Origin: Candidatus Culexmicrobium cathedralense
Lineage (GTDB): Archaea; Thermoproteota; Methanomethylicia; Culexarchaeales; Culexmicrobiaceae
Length of the DNA stretch: 64,000 nt
Assembly (NCBI GenBank): GCA_025061115.1
Contig: JANZKC010000001.1
Coordinates: 448,001-512,000 of the forward strand
Direction of reading: 5' to 3'
Every line of letters begins with the position of its first letter. Position 1 is the stretch's first letter. Below are positions 57,346-64,000 of the stretch, piece after piece. Made by a program: the position numbers and the translations under genes. The notes under the pieces were generated by a model. The model was not told where the DNA came from. It made no database searches and was given only the letters and a program-made list of their open reading frames with translations.

Positions 57346-58770
57346 GTGCGGTGGAAGGCAATGACCACAGCGGAGCTGAAGGCCTTCTTCAACCCCAAAA
57401 GCATAGCCGTGATAGGCGCATCAAGAAATCCAGCTAAAATAGGATACCAACTGCTAAGGTCAATAATATTAGCCGGATACGAAGGGCCAGTTTACCCAGT
57501 AAACCCCAAAGCCAACGAAATAATGGGCCTAAAAGCATATCCAAGCGTGCTTGAAATCAAAGACGAAGTCGACCTCGCAGTCATAGCAGTACCAGCAAAG
57601 ATAGTTCCAAAGATAGCTGAGGAATGCGGCAGGAAAGGCGTGAAATGCATCATAGTAATTTCAGGGGGATTCAAGGAAGTAGGAGAGGAAGGAGCTAAAC
57701 TCGAAGAGGAAGTCGTGAAAATCGTTAAGAAGTACAACATGAGGTTGATGGGGCCGAACTGCATAGGAGTATATGATCCCCACACCAAAGTAGACACGCT
57801 CTTCCTACCGCCCGAGAGGGCTTTAAGGCCAAAAGCTGGAAAAATAGCATTCATCTCGCAGAGCGGAGCAATGGGAGTAGCATTTCTAGATTGGCTAGCC
57901 ATGGAGGAAATTGGAATAAGCGCCTTCATAAGCTATGGAAATAAGGCGGACGTCGACGAGATCGACCTGCTGGAATACCTGATGGAAGACGAGCAGACAA
58001 GAGTAATAACTATGTACATTGAAGAAATAAGCAAAGGCAGAGAGTTCATAGAAGTCGCAAGAAAGGTCTCAATGAAAAAGCCGATAGTAGCCATTAAAGC
58101 TGGAAGAACCCAAGCCGGAGCAAAAGCAGTATCATCCCACACAGGCGCACTAGCAGGCAAAGATGAAATCATACAAGCAGCATTCAAGAAAGCAGGCATA
58201 ATAAGAGCATACGAAACCCACGAGCTATTCGACTACGCAAGAGCCCTTGCCGCAGAGAAAATCGCGTGGGGAGATAATATTGCAATAGTAACGGATGGAG
58301 GAGGAGCAGGAGTGATGGCAACGGACAAGCTAACGGACAAAACTCGCGGAGCCGGACTAAAATTAGCAAAGCTCAGCGAGGAAACAATTGAAAAGCTCAA
58401 GGAAATATTACCTCCATACGCCATACCTCACAACCCAGTGGACCTAACTGGAAATGCAACGCCAGAAATGTACAGGGAAGCCCTAGAAGTAGTTTCCAAG
58501 GATGAAGGAGTAGATGGAATAGTAACCATAGTCCTAATACACCCCCCGGGAATGAATGAAAAAATCGTGGACGAAGTAAGCAAGGTATTTGAAAAGTCGG
58601 ATAAACCAATGCTAATTGCAGCTACAGGTGGGCCGCCAACCCAAAAAGTACTACTTGAATTCCAGAGGAGAGGCATTCCATCATACCCTGAAGTTGAAAG
58701 AGCAGTAAAAGCCATGGCAGCACTAGTCGAGAGAGGCAAATTTTTAAGAAAAACTATTTTTAAAACTTGA
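57346..58770 (+). CDS. acdA: ADP-forming acetate/acyl-CoA synthetase alpha subunit (probable start ATG 57361)
   Basis: PKSIAVIGAS, GGFKE, GPNCIG, SQSGA, GNKAD, SHTGALAG, NPVDLTG. Confidence 0.9.
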   Translation: MRWKAMTTAELKAFFNPKSIAVIGASRNPAKIGYQLLRSIILAGYEGPVYPVNPKANEIMGLKAYPSVLEIKDEVDLAVIAVPAKIVPKIAEECGRKGVKCIIVISGGFKEVGEEGAKLEEEVVKIVKKYNMRLMGPNCIGVYDPHTKVDTLFLPPERALRPKAGKIAFISQSGAMGVAFLDWLAMEEIGISAFISYGNKADVDEIDLLEYLMEDEQTRVITMYIEEISKGREFIEVARKVSMKKPIVAIKAGRTQAGAKAVSSHTGALAGKDEIIQAAFKKAGIIRAYETHELFDYARALAAEKIAWGDNIAIVTDGGGAGVMATDKLTDKTRGAGLKLAKLSEETIEKLKEILPPYAIPHNPVDLTGNATPEMYREALEVVSKDEGVDGIVTIVLIHPPGMNEKIVDEVSKVFEKSDKPMLIAATGGPPTQKVLLEFQRRGIPSYPEVERAVKAMAALVERGKFLRKTIFKT

Positions 58771-58840
58771 GTTTAACTTCATTAACGCTTATATTATGAA
58801 AAAAGGCATAATAAATTTGAATGCTCAGGAGGTCATTTAG

Positions 58841-59185
58841 TTGAAAGCCAGAGTAGCCTTTGAAACTAAGCAATACGTGATTGTACTGACAGATGAAAAG
58901 TTGGAAGTCGACTTAAAGGAAGGACCTAAGGCATTTCTGGAATACATGGTTGAAGAGCATAAGAGCCTTGAAAGAATATTGGGATGGGCTATGAAGCACT
59001 TATTCCCAAAAGACATATACGTTGAAAATATTGAGAGGGCATACCTAACACCGGAAGGAGAAGTAGTAGTTGAAGAAAAAACCCCCGAAGGAACAAAGGC
59101 AATCAAAATCCCAGAGCTAACAAAGGAGCAGGGAGAAATACTAGTAGATGCGATCAAAAAGTTGCTGGAAGAAAAGGGAAAGTAG
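58841..59185 (+). CDS. Hypothetical protein (PH-like beta-rich)
   Basis: GGAGGT RBS before TTG; 114 aa. Confidence 0.55.
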   Translation: MKARVAFETKQYVIVLTDEKLEVDLKEGPKAFLEYMVEEHKSLERILGWAMKHLFPKDIYVENIERAYLTPEGEVVVEEKTPEGTKAIKIPELTKEQGEILVDAIKKLLEEKGK

Positions 59186-59211
59186 CATAAGTCCACCCTC
59201 CAATTTCATTT

Positions 59212-59745
59212 TTATTTTACATTTCCACCATTTTTATCCGGCCTCCTCAACGACAATGGGCATTTAGAAGGCAAGCTAGCGTTAAAGAAATCAGCATACT
59301 TTAGAAGAGTTGAGCAGTACTTGTAACGTGAAATAAGTTCACAGTAATTGCTGCAGCTTAGCATTGCCAAGTCAACTAGGGAGGCCAAGTCACGCATTGA
59401 GACAAGCATTGGAGAGCCGTCAATCACGTGGCCGCACTTCAGACACTCATAATTTCCATCAACAAAAACAAGCTTCTCACCACAGTAGGGGCACTTCAAA
59501 GTAAATGGAGGCTTAGGAATCCTGCGCTTAGGAGGAAAAATTATTGGAGCAACAAAACTCGCAATGGATAAAGCCAACATAATCAAACCAACATAATACG
59601 CATAGCTTGGACTACCAACCCCACTTGAAACCCTAATTTCATAATCAACATAAACTATCAAGTAAACCCCCACAACCCCCAGCAGGGCTGCAAACACCAA
59701 GCTGAAGCGCCTAACACCCACCCTACTTAAAATCCAACCGCTCAA
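59212..59745 (-). CDS. Two-TM membrane protein with Zn ribbon and Cys-rich tail
   Basis: Two hydrophobic helices, CPYCG...CLKCG, then four further Cys. Confidence 0.6.
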   Translation of the reverse strand: MSGWILSRVGVRRFSLVFAALLGVVGVYLIVYVDYEIRVSSGVGSPSYAYYVGLIMLALSIASFVAPIIFPPKRRIPKPPFTLKCPYCGEKLVFVDGNYECLKCGHVIDGSPMLVSMRDLASLVDLAMLSCSNYCELISRYKYCSTLLKYADFFNASLPSKCPLSLRRPDKNGGNVK

Positions 59746-59827
59746 TCAGCACACCATCAGATACTCACACAAATGTCCTATATAAAGGAATTAGCTCAAC
59801 ATAATATCCACTCATTCCAAATAAATG

Positions 59828-59857
59828 CAAAGAAAAGGGGAGTTTTAGCCGCCGCCC
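59828..59857 (-). terminator. Putative terminator after the large surface-protein gene
   Basis: On - strand directly after the stop: GGG..CCCC short stem followed by TTTTCTTTG. Confidence 0.45.
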
Positions 59858-62800
59858 CTAAGTTGGGGTTGGCGGAGGAACTACCGCTACCCGCCGCCTC
59901 CTCCAAGCGTAGTACTCGTAAGCCACTAAGTAGACTATGATTGCAACCACTATTGGCAGGAGCACTACCTCGCCGAAGAACTCGGCAGTTCTAAATGGCC
60001 TGCCAAGAATCGTTGCAAATACGTCTAACCTGAACTCCTCGGTCATATCTCCAGTCAATGTTATTGACTTCTCATCTTCAATGCCTCTGTAATTGACGTG
60101 AATCGTGTAGCTTCCCTCTGGAAGCTCAACGGTAACTACACCTGACTCGTCAGTGACGACCTCCATCTCCACCGGCGAAATCGTCACAGTTGATGGGCCG
60201 AGGCCCTGCCCTCTAGCTCCCTTAACAACCACCGTTAACAGGTAGACGTTGGTTGAAGTGAAGTAGTATGTTCCAGTCTTATCGACATCTACAGAGTTTG
60301 GAGACACCGTTATTGGGCGGCCCATCCAAGTTACACTTACAACCTCCAGCGTACCAACTGGCACCTGCGTGAACAGTATCTCGCCGTTCTGGTCGGTTGT
60401 AGCTGAGTGCTCAGTGCCGTCCGGATACTTGACAGTGACGTCGGCAGCAGTCATAATTGTTCCTCTCTTAGTCTTTAAGTTGAACATCACGTCGTAGACC
60501 CTGCACTTAATTGGAAGCTCGACAATGTTCTTGTCAATGGTCATCTTGTAGTCGGTCAAGATGTCTATAACGCCATCAGTCCACTTCGCAGAAAGTATGT
60601 AGTCGCCCTTTGGCACGAGCAGAGCAGTGAACGTTCCGTCAACGCCAGTGTTGCCGCTAATCATGTAGTCAATGTCTCCTGCACCCACAAACGTGTAGAA
60701 CACTCCCTTCAAAGGCCTGTTAACGTCGTCGGTCAGCTTGATCGTCACATCATACACATCAGTGAATGCAGTGTAGAACACAGTTGGCGAAACAATCTTG
60801 TACTCGGTCATCTCCTTCTCATAGCTGTCATAAACGTTTACACCTAGCCATTGGGTCCTAATAGTATACTTGCCATCATCTGCTGCAAATGGCAGGTATA
60901 CATAGCCATGCTCGTCGACCCAGCCGAATGCTGCAACTGTGCCAGCGTCAGCATCACCGTAAGCTCTATACCTAACAGCATATACTAATGCCCTCTTGAC
61001 AGTTCCGAAATCATGATATAGCGGCCTACCGGTTGAACTTAGCATTTGGACACCAATGTAATAATCAAATGTTAGTTGTACTTGATGATCATCAGCTTTA
61101 CCCTCTTCAGCTAACTCTTTTACATCGACAGGTTTGTTAGCTTTTACGTCATCAGCGATCTTTGTCTTATTATAGATAGCTGATGGTAATTCGTCAGGCT
61201 TCGGCTCGTAGTAAGCCTTAAACAGGTACTTAGTTTCATTACCCCAGAATACTGTATCATCAAATCTTGCAACACCATTCTCATTAGTTGTAGATGAAGC
61301 TACGAATACATTAGCAGTGTCGCTTAGCGGAGATGTCCAATACACTTTAACCGTGTAACCTGCAAGTCCTTCGCCGCGCCAGTCTTTTACAACTGCAGTC
61401 ATATTGTAAGCTGCTAACTTAAAGTCGAATACCCTCGTAACGTTGTCATATGACCATACTTCGCCCCAACTAAACGGCATGAAGCCAGTGAAATTGTATA
61501 CGCCATAGTCACTCCAGTATGGCAAATCCTTAACCACTGGTTTGTCTTTGAATGTGCTTGAGCCATTAATGAATTCTCCACTCGTTGTCAAACAGCCAAC
61601 TGTAACATTTTCAGTTCCCGCTGGAGCATCCTTGGTTGTACCTGCAATAGTGTTAATAGTTATAGTGATTGGAGTTCCATTTACATCCTTTATACTCCAA
61701 ACTGGTATGTAAACAAGTGTTTCATCTGGAACTATTATCGTTATATTGTATACGTAAGCGTTCTCTCCTCTCGAGTAATCGTTGCCGCTGAATATTATAG
61801 CATATGCTTTGTCTTCAGGAATTACATTGCGATAATCTTCTGATGCATTTAGCCATGTCATGTTCAGCCCTAACCATGATACGTTGATCATTAAGTTGTA
61901 ACTGTTAATTATTTTGCTGTGTTTCCAGTCATATAGCTCAAATGTTACTGGGTATACTCTCATTTGTGCAGTTGCTACTGGATTTACAACGTCTGGGTCA
62001 GTTACTAATGGAACATGGACAGATCCTGTTCCGTTAAATACTCTTACTCCTGCCCAATATATTTCAAAGGTGTAGTTTTGTCCTCCAACGAAAAGGTGAC
62101 TTCCATTTATGCTATAGAACATTATTGAGTTATAAGCAGTAGTATTTCCGTAGGCTTCCTCGAAGTCGTGTACTGCTATTGATGCGTTTGCGTAGGGTAG
62201 GACTTCTGGCATTTCATTTCCAGTTATGTCGAGTAATTTGAGTATAAAGTCATAGATGTATACGTGGTGTGTTCCGGTATAGTTTTCTGCAGCTAATGTG
62301 AGCTTGTTTTCATATGGACCTACATATACATTGTCTTTGCCGCCGAAGTGCTTGTGCTTATCCTCGTGTGTATATGCTTTAATGGTTATTTCTATTCCTG
62401 CTGGTATTTGTGTGAAGTTTGCCCAACCATAGCCGTTTGTTGTGTTCCAGTCTTCGGTCCAAGTGCCAGTGTCGCCAGTTATTGTTGCGTTTCCTTCCCA
62501 GCTTAGCGTGACATTTATGCCTGCAATGCCATAGTCGTCAGTTCCCCACTTGACCATCCGTAGCTTAGCGTCTACGAAAGCGAACTTGAATGCAACTGCC
62601 TCGTAAATGTTGTCAGTTACATTGAATATGTCTGACATTCCATATGGCTTGACATGTAGGTTCTTGTATACTACACCTACATGCCAAACGCCACCTGGTA
62701 CCTGTATTAAGGTCAATGTGCCTGTTGCAGTAGCTGGAACTGTTGAGACTGCTCCAGATGGGTGTTCTAGAACTACTACTGCATTTGGAAGTGGGTTACC

Positions 62801-64000
62801 ATTTAGGTCAACCACTGTTAGGTGAGCATCATATACTTCACATACTAAATTGTAGGTTATTATTTGGTCATAATCATCTTTGACAATTTCTTCATCAACG
62901 TAGAAGTCAACCGCTCCATAAGTTGTGGAGGCATTTTCAACTGTAAATGTTACGGACTTAACTTTAACCCATGATGCTGGATCCTCTGGAGTTATTGACC
63001 AGTAAACTTCAATTTTAGTATCACCGAATGGAATGTAACCTGCAGCCTTTCTTCCTGTTAAAGTCACATATTTACTAGTTGGAGGATCTTCAGATACTAA
63101 TGGTGGCAGTTGGATGAGGCCTTCAGACTCATCGCTTCTAGTGTTAAATGATATGAGGTTTGGCCATGTAATTACAACTTTAGCGTTTAGTAGTTTGCCT
63201 GCAGTTGGTCTTTTATCGAGTAAAGTTACATTAAATGGCACTAGCTGGCAATATACTTTTAATCCGTCATCGCTGTAATCAGATGGGTCATCAAGTATTG
63301 TTGTATTTACTTGAATCTCGTGTGTTAGCCAGTATACAGTTAATACTGACGGTACATTTGGATATTGATCTATTGAAACTTCGCCATTTTCAGTTGCTAA
63401 TGCTGTTGCCAATAATTTTTCTGGATTTTCCTTATCGTTTAGTGAAACTTTCACTATGCTGTATCCTGACGTTGTTGATTTTAGTGGATTTCCTAACCAG
63501 TCGTATAGCGTTATGTATAGTGGATAAACATCTGTGGAAACGTTGAAGTATCCAACACCTTCACTTGGAATTTCGATGTCTGCCTCTGCACCCACTTCAG
63601 TTGGCTTGGATATCTTAAGTATAACGGCGTCTTCTTTAATGTCCCCTTCTGGAGAATATCCTTCTACAATTGTGCCGTCGAACTTATTTACATCCCGCAG
63701 TACAAGGTACTCATAGTCCCAGTATACTTTTAATGTCCAATTGCCTTTTGACCAACTTACATCAATTGGTATTCGAGCAGTTAGATTTAATGACTGATCG
63801 TCAGATACCAGATATCCGGATACAGAATATATCTTGTCTGTGTAATTGTAGTAGAATGTTACTTTATGATACTTTAGCGTTCTATCGCCGTAGTCTGTTG
63901 CTGTGAGGTTAACCTCCCAGACAGACGTATAAATGTTCGTTTCATTAATATTTGATAGTTCATTCCCATAGATGGTGCTGTTTTCATAAACTGTAAAAGC
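59858..64000 (-). CDS. Very large cell-surface/S-layer-like glycoprotein with tandem beta-sandwich (carboxypeptidase regulatory-like) repeats; 5' end outside window (>=1380 aa)
   Basis: No stop between 63595 and 64000 by manual translation; repeated D..G.PL..A.V...TD..G motifs; many N-x-S/T sequons; C-terminal TM + RRRR. Confidence 0.85.
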   Translation of the reverse strand, partial: AFTVYENSTIYGNELSNINETNIYTSVWEVNLTATDYGDRTLKYHKVTFYYNYTDKIYSVSGYLVSDDQSLNLTARIPIDVSWSKGNWTLKVYWDYEYLVLRDVNKFDGTIVEGYSPEGDIKEDAVILKISKPTEVGAEADIEIPSEGVGYFNVSTDVYPLYITLYDWLGNPLKSTTSGYSIVKVSLNDKENPEKLLATALATENGEVSIDQYPNVPSVLTVYWLTHEIQVNTTILDDPSDYSDDGLKVYCQLVPFNVTLLDKRPTAGKLLNAKVVITWPNLISFNTRSDESEGLIQLPPLVSEDPPTSKYVTLTGRKAAGYIPFGDTKIEVYWSITPEDPASWVKVKSVTFTVENASTTYGAVDFYVDEEIVKDDYDQIITYNLVCEVYDAHLTVVDLNGNPLPNAVVVLEHPSGAVSTVPATATGTLTLIQVPGGVWHVGVVYKNLHVKPYGMSDIFNVTDNIYEAVAFKFAFVDAKLRMVKWGTDDYGIAGINVTLSWEGNATITGDTGTWTEDWNTTNGYGWANFTQIPAGIEITIKAYTHEDKHKHFGGKDNVYVGPYENKLTLAAENYTGTHHVYIYDFILKLLDITGNEMPEVLPYANASIAVHDFEEAYGNTTAYNSIMFYSINGSHLFVGGQNYTFEIYWAGVRVFNGTGSVHVPLVTDPDVVNPVATAQMRVYPVTFELYDWKHSKIINSYNLMINVSWLGLNMTWLNASEDYRNVIPEDKAYAIIFSGNDYSRGENAYVYNITIIVPDETLVYIPVWSIKDVNGTPITITINTIAGTTKDAPAGTENVTVGCLTTSGEFINGSSTFKDKPVVKDLPYWSDYGVYNFTGFMPFSWGEVWSYDNVTRVFDFKLAAYNMTAVVKDWRGEGLAGYTVKVYWTSPLSDTANVFVASSTTNENGVARFDDTVFWGNETKYLFKAYYEPKPDELPSAIYNKTKIADDVKANKPVDVKELAEEGKADDHQVQLTFDYYIGVQMLSSTGRPLYHDFGTVKRALVYAVRYRAYGDADAGTVAAFGWVDEHGYVYLPFAADDGKYTIRTQWLGVNVYDSYEKEMTEYKIVSPTVFYTAFTDVYDVTIKLTDDVNRPLKGVFYTFVGAGDIDYMISGNTGVDGTFTALLVPKGDYILSAKWTDGVIDILTDYKMTIDKNIVELPIKCRVYDVMFNLKTKRGTIMTAADVTVKYPDGTEHSATTDQNGEILFTQVPVGTLEVVSVTWMGRPITVSPNSVDVDKTGTYYFTSTNVYLLTVVVKGARGQGLGPSTVTISPVEMEVVTDESGVVTVELPEGSYTIHVNYRGIEDEKSITLTGDMTEEFRLDVFATILGRPFRTAEFFGEVVLLPIVVAIIVYLVAYEYYAWRRRRVAVVPPPTPT

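Noticed and set aside
63593-63595. Track start of the 1245-aa ORF as the true start
   Set aside because: The frame stays open to 64000 and there is no signal peptide at this position
1279-63906. Numerous antisense or alternative-frame ORFs in the track (e.g. 1279-1650, 21260-21718, 21945-22202, 25906-26418, 57492-57929, 58837-59196)
   Set aside because: They are shadows of well-supported genes, are Ser/Ile-rich and have no recognisable motifs
1-64000. CRISPR arrays, tRNA or rRNA genes, transposases, integrases
   Set aside because: No repeat-spacer periodicity, cloverleaf/T-loop signature, GC-rich RNA island or recombinase motif was found by eye; small C/D sRNAs cannot be excluded

Overview
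Gene-dense archaeal chromosome segment of TACK/Thermoproteota type (Alba, RpoP, L35Ae, bifunctional PGI/PMI, type II GAPDH, TIP49, tRNA splicing endonuclease, ATP-dependent ligase). It is mostly housekeeping genes for translation, DNA repair, nucleotide and central metabolism. Both a class III RNR (nrdD plus NrdH-like protein, with a convergent nrdG) and a class II B12-dependent RNR (nrdJ, followed by cobO) are present. No rRNA, tRNA, CRISPR array, transposase or integrase was recognised. Most notable: (1) nrdJ carries three LAGLIDADG inteins, and the second is followed by Lys (QGG|C...HN|KRRGA) instead of the Cys/Ser/Thr required by canonical protein splicing. (2) A ~70-bp module (30 bp identical, a palindrome, GTATTC repeats at 11-bp period, a TATA-like box) occurs twice in inverted orientation 2.2 kb apart, each copy pointing into an uncharacterised gene. 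(3) A giant surface-protein gene, open beyond the window edge, has a compositionally mosaic body. (4) Several full-length enzyme homologues lack catalytic motifs (ThyA-like, pantoate kinase-like, NRAMP-like, ATPase-like, DUF151). All family calls come from motif recognition by eye, without database searches.
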